From Candidatus Omnitrophota bacterium (GTDB lineage: Bacteria; Omnitrophota; Gorgyraeia; Duberdicusellales; 4484-171), in assembly GCA_041652815.1 (NCBI GenBank), contig JBAZGN010000001.1, forward strand, positions 182,315 through 246,314: a stretch of 64,000 nt of DNA. The letters are read 5' to 3'. Position numbers and translations under genes: made by a program. The notes beneath the pieces are model-generated. The model made no database searches and was not told the DNA's origin. It saw only the letters and a program-made list of their open reading frames with translations. Shown here one piece after another: positions 45,035-55,306 of this stretch (positions are counted from its first letter, which is position 1; the number at the start of each line of letters is the position of its first letter).

Positions 45035-46867
45035 CTATTTCTCTGTTGGATAATAATGGTAGTAATAGTAGCGGTCTTGCCCTATCTTCGCGTCATTTAA
45101 AACTGTGCCTATTATCTTTACACGTGTATCAATGACCTTTTTAGCCTCCAGGATATACCCTATTTGTGTATGCCCTGATCTTATAACAAATATTATGCCA
45201 TCACATTTATCTCCCAAAATTAAAGCTTCTGATACATTCAATATTGGCGTTGAGTCTATGATTATTCTCTGAAATTTTTTTTCTAATTCTCGCAAAATCG
45301 TAGGTAATTTTTCAGAACTGAGCAATTCAGTGGGGTTAGGAGTATATGGGCCGGCTGGCAGCATAGATAGGTTAGGTATAGAAGTAGGGGTTATAGCTTC
45401 ATCGATGGAACACATTCCGGCCAGTAAATTGCTTAACCCATTCTTTGGTTTTATTCCGAAACTTTGGTGTAGATTTCCTTTACGCATATCAGCATCAATT
45501 AACAAAGTTGGCTCTTTTGTTTGAGCAAATATTATGGAAAGGTTTGAAGAAACAAAACTTTTGCCTTCTTGAGGCACAGAACTAGTAACAACAACTGTCC
45601 GCAAAGGTTTATCCTGCGGAAAAGAAAAAAGCAACGAAACTTTAAGGTTTCTAAAAACTTCAGCCAGTCTTGAACGAGGTTCGTTGAAAGAAAATAGAAA
45701 ATTGTTGTCGTTCTTTTTCTTCGATTCTCTTCTTAGGGAAGGTATGTAACCTAAAAATGGTAATTTTACAAAAAATTCAACCTCATCGGAAGTCTTTAAA
45801 GTTGAGTCTAATCTCTCTATCAGAAAAGCTACAGACACACTTAACAAAAAACCTAAGATAATGGCAATTGGGATATCTTTCTGTGGACTAGGTCTTATGG
45901 GGCTTTTTGGTTCTTCTGCCGGATCAAGCAACCTTATGTTTGAAAGTGTTAATTCCTTAGAAACATCCAATTCTTTTGCTCTTTTTAAAAAATCATCATA
46001 GAGAGAATTATAGGTGGTAACTTTTCTTTTAAGAATACCATATTCGGCCATTTTTTCCTGTAGAGCAAGCCTTTTATTTATTTCCTCGCTTAATTTTTCA
46101 TCAACCGTTCTTAGCTTGGTAACAAGAGAAATCATCTCAGGATGTTTCTCTTTATATCTCTGCGATGCCTCAGCAACTTCCTTTTCTAATTGTGCCTTTT
46201 GTTCTTTTAAACTTTCTATCAATGCTTCTGATTTTGTTTCAATATCTGGGATAGCAACTATCCGATTATCTTTTATGAAAACATTTAACGCTTTTTCTGC
46301 TTCACTTAAGCTTTTAAGTGTGTCGTTTAACTGGCTTTCTAAAAAAGTTATGCCATACTTGGCAGTTCCTACTTTTCGTTCAATATCCTGATATATAAAT
46401 TCCCGCACCCATGCATTTGCAATTGCCGTAATCTTTATAGGATCTTTTCCCGTAACCGAAATTGTTGCAGTAGAGCCCTGACGTGCAGGTTCAATTTTTA
46501 CCATAGAAAGAAGCTGGCCTGATGGGTCCTTTGAGTTGATGAATTCTGGATCTTTATCTAAACCTAAATTTTTAATAATCCGCTCTGCCAGAGAACGCGA
46601 CATAGCAATATTGATTTGGGTTTGATAATACTCTTTTTCTGTGGTTTTTTGTTCATAAACATCTTCGATTTTACCTGCAATTTTTGTCTTTTCTACCTCT
46701 AAAACAATTGAAGCCTGAGCACGGTATATTTTTGGAGAAGAAAAATCATAAAATATAACAGTTCCTGTTATAACTATTAAAACTGTAGATATAAATAAAG
46801 TATGTTTTTTCAACAAGTCAAAATAATCTTTTATTGTTAATTCTTTTACTTCCGCTGGAGGTATCAT
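45035..46867 (-). CDS. Polysaccharide co-polymerase / tyrosine autokinase (Wzc-like: Wzz domain + CpsD-type ATPase + C-terminal Tyr cluster)
   Basis: Two TM helices flanking a coiled-coil periplasmic domain; Walker A SSVPQEGKSFVSSNL; C-terminal RYYYYHYYPTEK. Confidence 0.8.
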   Translation of the reverse strand: MIPPAEVKELTIKDYFDLLKKHTLFISTVLIVITGTVIFYDFSSPKIYRAQASIVLEVEKTKIAGKIEDVYEQKTTEKEYYQTQINIAMSRSLAERIIKNLGLDKDPEFINSKDPSGQLLSMVKIEPARQGSTATISVTGKDPIKITAIANAWVREFIYQDIERKVGTAKYGITFLESQLNDTLKSLSEAEKALNVFIKDNRIVAIPDIETKSEALIESLKEQKAQLEKEVAEASQRYKEKHPEMISLVTKLRTVDEKLSEEINKRLALQEKMAEYGILKRKVTTYNSLYDDFLKRAKELDVSKELTLSNIRLLDPAEEPKSPIRPSPQKDIPIAIILGFLLSVSVAFLIERLDSTLKTSDEVEFFVKLPFLGYIPSLRRESKKKNDNNFLFSFNEPRSRLAEVFRNLKVSLLFSFPQDKPLRTVVVTSSVPQEGKSFVSSNLSIIFAQTKEPTLLIDADMRKGNLHQSFGIKPKNGLSNLLAGMCSIDEAITPTSIPNLSMLPAGPYTPNPTELLSSEKLPTILRELEKKFQRIIIDSTPILNVSEALILGDKCDGIIFVIRSGHTQIGYILEAKKVIDTRVKIIGTVLNDAKIGQDRYYYYHYYPTEK

Positions 46868-46924
46868 ATTTTTTAATTATCTAAAATTATAGCAAGCAAT
46901 CTCAAGCTTTGGTTGTTAAAACCC

Positions 46925-47773
46925 TTAAAAGAAAGACTCTGGAACAGAGATTATATCATTTTCTTTTAATTCCACATCCCTTGATTTATCACCGCTTTTA
47001 AGAATATGCGCAATAGGCACATTAAATGTTTCTTTTTTGTCTTGGCCAGGTGCTCTTCTTATCACTTTAACTGCATTCTGATCTGCAATGTCAGTGAACC
47101 CCCCAGCTAAAGCTATGGCTTCAATGGCCGTCAAACCTTTACTATACTTGTAACTCCCAGGCTTTCGTACCTGGCCTAAGACTGCTATGTCACCATATCC
47201 TTTCACAATTATTCTATCCAAGGGTTGTAATAAAAAATCTCTACCATGTTTGTTAAAATCTACTATATATTCTTTCTCTTCATTGCCAACTTTACGTATA
47301 ATCTTTATGTTTGTCAAATTGGCATTTTGCTTTGCGCCATCGGCAAGCGCTAAGGCTTCCAAAAGAGATAAGTTGCCTATTAATTCATAGCTGCCTTCGC
47401 TGTTTATTGCTCCGATAATAAAAAATTTAGCATATTCTTTTATAAAAATATTTACTTGCGGATTAACAAAATAATCTTTCTTGAGAAGATTTTCTATTTT
47501 AGCAGTTGCCTCTTTTGTGGTTAAATTTCCAATAATAATCTCTCCTATAAATGGATAAATTATCTTTCCTTCCTCGGACACCTTAACCGTTTTAGTCAAA
47601 TTGGGCTCTCCGTATACTGAAATTTCGATGGTATCCCCAGGCTTTATACGATAAACATAATTACCATCTTCCGAGGCAACAGCCTGCTTATCAACTTCTT
47701 TATTTGCCTGAGGATAAGCCATAAAAATGATAATAGAAAAAGTTATTAATAGAAATATTTTTTTTATCATCAA
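46925..47773 (-). CDS. Polysaccharide export protein (Wza-like, Poly_export + SLBB domains)
   Basis: Signal peptide; YRIKPGDTIEISVYGEPNL is the Poly_export motif; tandem SLBB-like repeats. Confidence 0.7.
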   Translation of the reverse strand: MMIKKIFLLITFSIIIFMAYPQANKEVDKQAVASEDGNYVYRIKPGDTIEISVYGEPNLTKTVKVSEEGKIIYPFIGEIIIGNLTTKEATAKIENLLKKDYFVNPQVNIFIKEYAKFFIIGAINSEGSYELIGNLSLLEALALADGAKQNANLTNIKIIRKVGNEEKEYIVDFNKHGRDFLLQPLDRIIVKGYGDIAVLGQVRKPGSYKYSKGLTAIEAIALAGGFTDIADQNAVKVIRRAPGQDKKETFNVPIAHILKSGDKSRDVELKENDIISVPESFF

Positions 47774-49398
47774 AACTCCGAATTTACGCTTAAGCTAATT
47801 GTGTTACCTTTAAATTCCTGCAGTTTTGTTTTCGATGTTCTGTCTTCAAAAGTATATTTTAAACCAAATAGTAACCATTTTCTGAATCTATATTCTGGAT
47901 TAAATGATACTAAAAGATAATTATCGCGCGTTTGGTAGTCTGAACCTCTTTGATAATAGGAAACATCTCCATTTAATCTTATTTTTTTAAGAAAAGGCGG
48001 GAGATAACTGCACCCCAAAGAAATTCCTTGATATTTTGTTATATTCTCAGCAAGCAAGTTAATATCCCCCAACCCCTGTACTACGTTCAAACGATAATTC
48101 AAACGCGGGGAAGCCTTATATGTTAAATTTGCTGCGATAGTTTTCCCATTTAAGTCTTTGACGCTCTTCCTTTTGTTAGAACTATAACCTCCTTTAATTG
48201 TGCCTTCGAGCTTTTTAAAAATTTTTCCTTTTAAACCCACAATATATTTATCATAAGCAAAGTTTTGAGCTATATTTTTGTCATAATCTAACCACCCATG
48301 AGCGTATTCTACAAAAATCTTTGTTTTTGGTAGAATTTTTAAAGAGTTCCTTAAAGCAATTACATTACGGATATGGTTTGATGGCTTATATTCATCGCTC
48401 ACATAACTATACAGGCCTCTGTTATATTGTATATCAGTTTCAAGCTTGTTGAAATTAATTTTGAAGTCTTGTCCCATTTCATAAATCCAAGAATCAACAA
48501 ACCTCTGTACTTCTTGATTACCCACGTCGCTAGCAGTACCCCTCGTCCGCATTACAGATGCAGACGTAATAAAACCAAACTTACCCAGTCCATATTTAAC
48601 GAACCCTTTTCCGTATGGATTTGTGTGATCATTCTGGTCTTCAGTTGCATAGCGTAAAATCTGTAATCCTGCATTTAAATATAAATCAAATTTTTTTTGT
48701 GATGTTGACCGCTTGAATTCAAAGCCAGGATATAACTTTGTTACATAACTATTAACCGGGTCGGTTTTTGTCTGATACAAATTATTCGTAAATTCCCCTA
48801 TTCCGATTATATAAGGATGTATGTTTTTCAGCGTAGCCTTAAGGCGATTACTTTTTATGTCTCGTTTTTCTACCAACGTTTTATTTTTTGTTTCGTTTTT
48901 TAACCTATTTATTTTAGATAAAGAAATGTTTTCTCCCTGGGTCTTTTGCGGAATTTTTGAAAAAGACAACTTTGTTCCATAAGACGGTTTGCTTTCTTTA
49001 GCTGTTATCGCTTTAACTGAAAATATTTGATTGTTTATCGCTTCTTTTTCTTTAACTGTTTTTTTTGTAAGTTTTTGTATGTGGGGTAAGTCGTTTGAAT
49101 TTTCTTGTTTTTTCCCAGTATGTTTTATTCCTCCAAGACCTTGCTTTGAAGAAACTTTAGGTGTTGATAAAATTTTTTTTTGCTGCGTTATTTTTTTCAT
49201 TGAAGATGCTATTACTTTGGCTCTGCTAGTTTTTTCTTGTTTTTGTATACTTATTGTTGTATCTTCTTCCCGGGCCGATTTATCGTTCCGTTCTGTGTAA
49301 AAATCAAGAGTATAGGAAACAAGCTCTTTCCGTGACAATTCTGCATAAACCGAGTTGAACATTAGCAAATTTACGCAAAAAAATAAAACTATCTTCAC
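47770..49398 (-). CDS. Outer-membrane beta-barrel protein of the export module
   Basis: Signal peptide, a K/S/T-rich linker, alternating-polarity strands, and a C-terminal aromatic (SVNSEF). Confidence 0.5.
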   Translation of the reverse strand: MKIVLFFCVNLLMFNSVYAELSRKELVSYTLDFYTERNDKSAREEDTTISIQKQEKTSRAKVIASSMKKITQQKKILSTPKVSSKQGLGGIKHTGKKQENSNDLPHIQKLTKKTVKEKEAINNQIFSVKAITAKESKPSYGTKLSFSKIPQKTQGENISLSKINRLKNETKNKTLVEKRDIKSNRLKATLKNIHPYIIGIGEFTNNLYQTKTDPVNSYVTKLYPGFEFKRSTSQKKFDLYLNAGLQILRYATEDQNDHTNPYGKGFVKYGLGKFGFITSASVMRTRGTASDVGNQEVQRFVDSWIYEMGQDFKINFNKLETDIQYNRGLYSYVSDEYKPSNHIRNVIALRNSLKILPKTKIFVEYAHGWLDYDKNIAQNFAYDKYIVGLKGKIFKKLEGTIKGGYSSNKRKSVKDLNGKTIAANLTYKASPRLNYRLNVVQGLGDINLLAENITKYQGISLGCSYLPPFLKKIRLNGDVSYYQRGSDYQTRDNYLLVSFNPEYRFRKWLLFGLKYTFEDRTSKTKLQEFKGNTISLSVNSEF

Positions 49399-49414
49399 GT
49401 TTGCATTATATTGA

Positions 49415-49966
49415 TTAGTTATTTGTCCTTATTGTAATTAAACTTATGGCCATGGAGAAGAGTAGTAAGGTGTTAACGATATTCAACCATACTATTGCGC
49501 TAAAAAATATAGCAGGAATCAAGTTGAACTTTATCGATACTGCAATAATCCCGGCAATCACTCCTAAAAAAATAAAAATAGACGCAACAAACTTCATAAC
49601 ACCCTCCCTTGTTTTATCAAAGGTATTCGCTATCCTCTTATTTATAGTATTTTTGTAATCGTCTTTTAAATCCAAAAATTCAACAGCCACATCAAAACCG
49701 CCTATTTTCATGCTTTTTGAGCGCAAAACTCGCGCATTAACTTTAATGGCGTCAGGGGAAGAGGGAAAATTTATATTTAACTCTAATACACTTTTAGGTT
49801 TTATATATTCGGCTGAATGGAAAAGAACACCGCCGGCGCTGATATTACGCACAAAAGAAAGAACTCCTTCTTTATTCTTTTCATCGCCACATACCTTATA
49901 TTTAAGAAGGTGATAAGCCGTAAGCCTTAAAAACCGTCTTTTGTTTTTTGAAAATAAAATTGTCAT
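49415..49966 (-). CDS. Stand-alone PilZ-domain protein with C-terminal membrane anchor
   Basis: RRFLRL (RxxxR) and NISAGGVLF (D/NxSxGG), with two C-terminal TM helices. Confidence 0.6.
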   Translation of the reverse strand: MTILFSKNKRRFLRLTAYHLLKYKVCGDEKNKEGVLSFVRNISAGGVLFHSAEYIKPKSVLELNINFPSSPDAIKVNARVLRSKSMKIGGFDVAVEFLDLKDDYKNTINKRIANTFDKTREGVMKFVASIFIFLGVIAGIIAVSIKFNLIPAIFFSAIVWLNIVNTLLLFSMAISLITIRTNN

Positions 49967-51702
49967 TGCGCTTTATATCCTAATTTTAAGTCTATTTCTT
50001 TAAGATACCAAGAGGTTCGCCTAAATTTGGGTTGTAATGATTCTACTTTCATAAACTCTTTTCTTGCTTCTTCATAGTTTCCGAGGACAAAATAAATTAT
50101 TCCCAGGTTATAATAGGCTTCTGTGTAATTTGAGTTTAACGCTGTCGCTTTTTTTAAGCTATCCTTGGCCCCATTATAGTTACCTTGCGCCCATAACACA
50201 TATCCTAAATTATTATAAGCATAATTATATCTAGGATTAATATTCAGTGCTTTCCTGAAATAAATTCTCGCAAGATTATAATTTTTATTAAAAATATAAA
50301 GTGTCGCTAAATTATAATTAAAGATGTAGGAAGCAGGATAGATATTGATTGTTTTTCTATATTGCTCAATAGCCTCATCCACTTTATTAAGATTAAAATA
50401 TATGAAACCTAAATTGGCAGTTGCCTCGTAATCGCGGGGATTAATGTTTACGGCCTTTATACCTTCTGCTATTGCATCATCCGGTCTTTTTAAAAAATAA
50501 AAACATAAAGCTTTACCTATGTATGATGTGCTGTGTTTTGGATAAACACCAAGAGCTAAATCAAATTTTCCTAACGCATCTACATATTTTTGGTCCAAAG
50601 ACATTTTAAATCCTGTTTCAAGTAGCTGAAATCCTTCTTTACAATACTGCCAAGCCATATCAGGATTAATTTTATGTTCAATATAGGGGCTAAGATCTGA
50701 GAATGGTTCATTCTTTTTTATCTTAAGAAAAGCTTCTTGCGCTCTTGCGGGTTCTTTTAAATCATATAAATAAGCATATGCTGCGCGAAATTGTGAAAGC
50801 TGTGGTATTTCTAAAGATGGTTCAAGTTTAAAAAGCTCTTCAAACAAAGCTATCGCCTTATCTATCTGTCCAGATCTATACAAACAATCAGCTTCCTGGT
50901 AATAAGCAAACGATCGCCATTGCCCAGACAATTTATCTTTAATCTTGTTAAAAATTTCCGCTGATTTCTCAAACTCTTTTTTCGCCTTATAAAGAACGCC
51001 TAAAAAGAATTCTGCTTTTATCGTTTTATCGTTTTCTCGATTGAGCTCTATTGCCTTATTAAAATATTGTTCCGATAAATCCCAATCTTTTAGCAATAAA
51101 TATTGTTTAGCTATCTCTATATATTTATCCTGTAACTTTTCATCTTTGTATTTATGCAAATTTTTCTCAAGCTTCGCAATTCGAGATTTTAATAGGCCGA
51201 CATTGGCTGCCCTTTGACCCGGAAATAATTTTATAGCTATATCCTCGAGAAAAGAAAAAATAATGGGGCGGTTTTTTATTTCTTTATTAATAGCTTCTTT
51301 AATGAAATGTTTTATATCGCTAATTTGGGTGTCTGTTGAGATTTTTTCAGCAATCACAGCTGCAAAATCTATATTAGTAGCAGATGTTAGTTCGAACGTG
51401 TATCCTTTAGCTTGGATATTTTCTTTTAACCCCTGATCAATGATTAGCTGGGAAATTCCTACTTTTGCAGAAAAAGCAAGGTCAAAATCTCCCTTGACTA
51501 ATTCATCAAGGAAAGAATCGTCTAAAATAGACGTTAGTTTTTTTACGTCATTTAAAGTAGTTGCTTTATCTAAATCATTGAGGCATATTTTAAGATTAGC
51601 CAAAGATGCATCCAACAGATAATGGTTATAGCCTAGAAAAAAAATAAATGCAGCAAAAAAAGTAATAAATAATGGGACGAAATGACGAAATATTTTTTTC
51701 AT
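49963..51702 (-). CDS. Multi-TPR repeat protein with N-terminal TM helix
   Basis: Ten or more TPR units in the C-terminal half (AYYNLGIIYFVLGNYEEA...). Confidence 0.7.
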   Translation of the reverse strand: MKKIFRHFVPLFITFFAAFIFFLGYNHYLLDASLANLKICLNDLDKATTLNDVKKLTSILDDSFLDELVKGDFDLAFSAKVGISQLIIDQGLKENIQAKGYTFELTSATNIDFAAVIAEKISTDTQISDIKHFIKEAINKEIKNRPIIFSFLEDIAIKLFPGQRAANVGLLKSRIAKLEKNLHKYKDEKLQDKYIEIAKQYLLLKDWDLSEQYFNKAIELNRENDKTIKAEFFLGVLYKAKKEFEKSAEIFNKIKDKLSGQWRSFAYYQEADCLYRSGQIDKAIALFEELFKLEPSLEIPQLSQFRAAYAYLYDLKEPARAQEAFLKIKKNEPFSDLSPYIEHKINPDMAWQYCKEGFQLLETGFKMSLDQKYVDALGKFDLALGVYPKHSTSYIGKALCFYFLKRPDDAIAEGIKAVNINPRDYEATANLGFIYFNLNKVDEAIEQYRKTINIYPASYIFNYNLATLYIFNKNYNLARIYFRKALNINPRYNYAYNNLGYVLWAQGNYNGAKDSLKKATALNSNYTEAYYNLGIIYFVLGNYEEARKEFMKVESLQPKFRRTSWYLKEIDLKLGYKAQ

Positions 51703-51902
51703 TAATATTACTATATCATTGTTTTGTCTAGTGTCAATATAAAGAGTCTCGTTAAGCGAAATATTTATAATACTACTTACGGTAATTGGTTTTTTGTGCT
51801 TCTATGTTTAAAAATGAGTTTTATCTAAGGTAATCAAACAAAGATAAAATACAGTAACGATAACTATTCTTAAGTGCTTGTGTTCCAATATGTTATAATT
51901 CA

Positions 51903-51931
51903 TTGACAATAACGGCTTTTTATGGTATCTT
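51903..51931 (+). promoter_or_regulatory. Sigma70-like promoter TTGACA-N17-TATCTT for the small secreted protein gene
   Basis: TTGACA at 51903-51908 and TATCTT at 51926-51931. A strong SD (AAGGGAGGGAG) sits 5 nt before ATG 51950. Confidence 0.4.
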
Positions 51932-51949
51932 TAAAAGGGAGGGAGTAAC

Positions 51950-52174
51950 ATGAGTAATAAAATATTACTTGTAAGTTGTTTATTAGTGATGCCTTTCTGT
52001 GGATTTGCTCAGCCTGTTGCAGACACAAGCGCTAAAGATGATACAGCTTCTCCTACTGTCCAAACAGACGAAAGAGAAATATCGGAAGGCGAGGGAAAAG
52101 TTTTGAAAGATTTTGTTATTACTGCACCACAATTGCCATCCATCAAAACTACTGAAGAAAAAGAAAAGAAATAA
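51950..52174 (+). CDS. Small secreted acidic protein (74 aa, signal peptide), function unknown
   Basis: Signal peptide MSNKILLVSCLLVMPFCGFA/QP; strong RBS and candidate promoter. It is the only plus-strand gene in 30 kb. Confidence 0.45.
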   Translation: MSNKILLVSCLLVMPFCGFAQPVADTSAKDDTASPTVQTDEREISEGEGKVLKDFVITAPQLPSIKTTEEKEKK

Positions 52175-52181
52175 ATAATTA

Positions 52182-53498
52182 TCATATCGATTCAGCATCT
52201 TTTCTTTGATCTAAAACAAAACAACTACGTGCAAGTTTTTTTGCTTTCTTCTTAATTTCTGCAGCAATATTTGTAACTTCTGCATAGCTTGTTATAAGAC
52301 GATGTTCGTTGGTAACACCGGCCAAAGAGATAGTCATTATCGGAAATTCGTGTATTGCCCCATCGCGGCTTTGCGCTACGATAAATCCCCTTTCTAAATC
52401 TTCTGCATCATACAAAGAAAGGACTCGTTTGTCAAATTCTAAAGTGATATAATCTGCAATCAATTGGGCTTTATCGGGAGTTGTCAAGAGTATAAAATCG
52501 TCTCCGCCTTCATGACCGATAAAATCATTGTTATTACCTTTATTTTTTATAGCATCCTTAAACAATTGCCCTGTAAGTTTTATTGCATCATCTCCTTTTG
52601 CAATACCATACTTATCATTAAAAGCTTTAAAATTGTCTAAATCACAGTAAATTACCATGAATTTTTTATCTTCATTTATCCTTTTTTCGATTTCCTCACG
52701 TATGACTATATTACCGGGTAGTTTTGTTAATGGGTTTGCGTCTTCTGCCTTTGCTTTCATTTTCGCTAACTCTTCAGTCATAAAATTAAAAGTTCTGGCA
52801 AGCTGCTCCAGCTCATCATTCGTTGAAATATTAACCCTTAAATCCAAACGACCAGATGCAATAATTTTTGCGGCTGCATTAAAAACCTTTATCGGCACGA
52901 TGATTAATCGTGAAAAAAATATACCTAAAATAATATTTAAAAAAATAAATATTGCACCTATAGTAAATGCTGGTTGATAAACCTGCATATATGCACTGTG
53001 CATATCGCTTAGAGAAAAGGATAATTTAACTACATAATTATCGTTGTTGCTTCCTTTTAAGAAAACATATTTGAAAAAAAACTTAGCATTTTTATCGATA
53101 AATATTTCTTTCTCCGAAGTCACCCCTTTGTTTATTTTATCTACAACATAAATATCATCAAAATTGCCTTTCTGTCCTTGTAAAAAATTATTTGTTGAAA
53201 AAATAATTTTTGCTTCTTTATCTAATATGTAAGCCTGTGTTATTTCTTCCGATTCTTTTAGTTCTGTTAATTTTTTTTCTAAATAACTAAGCTGGTTTTC
53301 GGGAAGTAGATTAAAACCTATAATTTTTTCCCAAGTGTTTGTTAAAATTAACGAAACGATAGTTGCGCGGAAAGTATTAAACTTATTTATTATTTTTAAT
53401 TCATGGAAAAGTTGGACGCCAACGAATAATGTTATAGTTAATATAGTAAATGTTACAAGAAGGATAATGATTCTGTTTTTTAATGTCATGGTCCGCAT
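52182..53498 (-). CDS. Membrane sensor: periplasmic domain + HAMP + GGDEF-family domain with GGDDF signature
   Basis: Two TM helices flanking a ~150-aa extracytoplasmic domain, a HAMP linker (AAAKIIASGRLDLRV...LARTFNFMTEELAKMKA), then NPLTKLPGN, DLDNFKAFNDKYG and GGDDF. Confidence 0.75.
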   Translation of the reverse strand: MRTMTLKNRIIILLVTFTILTITLFVGVQLFHELKIINKFNTFRATIVSLILTNTWEKIIGFNLLPENQLSYLEKKLTELKESEEITQAYILDKEAKIIFSTNNFLQGQKGNFDDIYVVDKINKGVTSEKEIFIDKNAKFFFKYVFLKGSNNDNYVVKLSFSLSDMHSAYMQVYQPAFTIGAIFIFLNIILGIFFSRLIIVPIKVFNAAAKIIASGRLDLRVNISTNDELEQLARTFNFMTEELAKMKAKAEDANPLTKLPGNIVIREEIEKRINEDKKFMVIYCDLDNFKAFNDKYGIAKGDDAIKLTGQLFKDAIKNKGNNNDFIGHEGGDDFILLTTPDKAQLIADYITLEFDKRVLSLYDAEDLERGFIVAQSRDGAIHEFPIMTISLAGVTNEHRLITSYAEVTNIAAEIKKKAKKLARSCFVLDQRKDAESI

Positions 53499-53504
53499 AT
53501 GATG

Positions 53505-54641
53505 CTATTTAACATCTATTTTAATCGGATCAAAACTATTTTTTATTATTTTGAAAATTATGCCCAGCATATCTTTTGAAATATCGGGGGATTTTAAAAA
53601 TTCCCACAAGAGAGTCGTGTGGTTTTCAAAATCTCCCATTTTTTCTATTATATCAGTTTTTTTCTTGATAAAATTAAATATCTTTTCAATATCATTATCT
53701 GCTAACTTGGCAAAAATATTCCGCGCCTTTAAAGCTATGCCTATTTCTTTTCCGAACTTCTTCGTCCAAAGCGAATCGTAGTCGTTAAATCTCTCATTCA
53801 TGATACATTCGCAAAGTATTTCTGCAGCACGCATACCCATATATATTCCGCCGTATGTCAGCGGTTTTACCTGCGAAGCACTGTCGCCGACTAAAAATAA
53901 CCGTTCCTTAGATAATGAGTTAAAATGCGTTAAAGGAACAAGGCCGGCAAATTTTTCCAATATCTTACCCTTTAAGTTGATCTCCTTAACAAAATCAAGA
54001 AGATCCTGATAGGGATTTTTTGAAAGTACCCCCACACGAATAATTTCGGCTGATTCGGGTATAATCCAGTAAAAATATGGCCTTTTCACGTAAACTTCGA
54101 CCATATCGCTATAGCGGGGCCTAAGCTGCATACGAAACTGCACGCCTTTTAAATATTCCATATGATTGGGGCTGATAAAATCTCTAAGCGTAGATTTTGC
54201 TCCTTCGGCGGCAACTACAATATCAGCCTCTAAACATCCTTTGTCGGTTTCAATAAGATAGCTTTTATCTTTTTTTTCCAATCCCAGGAACCGATTGTCA
54301 AACATAATATCCAAGTTCTCTCCTAACTTTTTGTCAAATCTTTCTCTGTCGATAACATAGGCAACTTCTTTTCTTCTAAGAGGAATTTTATTCTTACCTA
54401 TATAAATAACTGCACCGTTAATGGTGTTAAGAATGCAATCTTGGGAAATAGGAATTTTTGTTTCTTCAAAAACTTTTTTACCAACCAATCCTGCGCAATG
54501 GACGGGTTTACCTATTTCCTTATGTTCTTCGATAAGCAAAGGCCGAATACCTTCTCTTTGTAAAAGTTGGCCAAGATAACAACCAATAGGGCCTGCGCCG
54601 ATAATAACCGTATTTTTCTGTTTTCTCATAATATAGAACAA
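53505..54641 (-). CDS. Geranylgeranyl-reductase-family FAD-dependent oxidoreductase
   Basis: N-terminal FAD fold VIIGAGPIGCYLGQLLQREG...CAGLV. Length and internal blocks resemble GGR/ChlP-type reductases. Confidence 0.6.
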   Translation of the reverse strand: MFYIMRKQKNTVIIGAGPIGCYLGQLLQREGIRPLLIEEHKEIGKPVHCAGLVGKKVFEETKIPISQDCILNTINGAVIYIGKNKIPLRRKEVAYVIDRERFDKKLGENLDIMFDNRFLGLEKKDKSYLIETDKGCLEADIVVAAEGAKSTLRDFISPNHMEYLKGVQFRMQLRPRYSDMVEVYVKRPYFYWIIPESAEIIRVGVLSKNPYQDLLDFVKEINLKGKILEKFAGLVPLTHFNSLSKERLFLVGDSASQVKPLTYGGIYMGMRAAEILCECIMNERFNDYDSLWTKKFGKEIGIALKARNIFAKLADNDIEKIFNFIKKKTDIIEKMGDFENHTTLLWEFLKSPDISKDMLGIIFKIIKNSFDPIKIDVK

Positions 54642-54658
54642 TGATTACGGAAATTTTT

Positions 54659-55306
54659 CTACAGTTCGCTTTCTACTTTCTTTTTAAAATTTATTAATAA
54701 ATAAGTAAATTTATTTCCCCTACGTTCCCACATACCCCTGAAAGTGACCAGAAAAGATATAAAAATGATATAGAGGTCCAACAAAAAACTCTGATGCTTA
54801 ATATACCATATGTCGTATTTAAACTTCTCGGTACGGTTGATGTCGCGCGCAGCTAATATTTGTGCTACGCCGGTTAATCCCGGCATAACCGATAGGCGTT
54901 GTTCAGCACCTTTGAATTCCCAGATGCTTCTCGGTGTTTTATCGCCTGCATCAATCTCAACCATCCTTAAAGCTTTGGGCCCGACAAAACTCATTTCACC
55001 TTTTAGTATATTGACTAATTGAGGCAATTCGTCTAAAGCGGTAGCTCTTAATATTCTGCCAAAACGCGTTATCCTTGTATCATTTTCTTTTGCTTGAAGC
55101 GGGCCAACTTCTTTGTCGGCATTAGTTACCATGGAACGAAATTTTATGATTTTAAAAATCTTACCATTTTTACCTACCCTTTCCTGAGAGTAAAAAATAT
55201 GATTTTCATCTTCTATCCAAATCAAGATACCGAAAAGGAACCAAATAGGCAAGCTGATTAATAAACCTGATAGCGCCAGAAAAAAGTCAAATAATCTCTT
55301 TGTCAT
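54659..55306 (-). CDS. Initiating phosphoglycosyl transferase (PglC/WbaP C-terminal-domain type, Bac_transf)
   Basis: One N-terminal re-entrant helix; KIIKFRSM; DELPQLVNILKGEMSFVGP. Confidence 0.8.
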   Translation of the reverse strand: MTKRLFDFFLALSGLLISLPIWFLFGILIWIEDENHIFYSQERVGKNGKIFKIIKFRSMVTNADKEVGPLQAKENDTRITRFGRILRATALDELPQLVNILKGEMSFVGPKALRMVEIDAGDKTPRSIWEFKGAEQRLSVMPGLTGVAQILAARDINRTEKFKYDIWYIKHQSFLLDLYIIFISFLVTFRGMWERRGNKFTYLLINFKKKVESEL

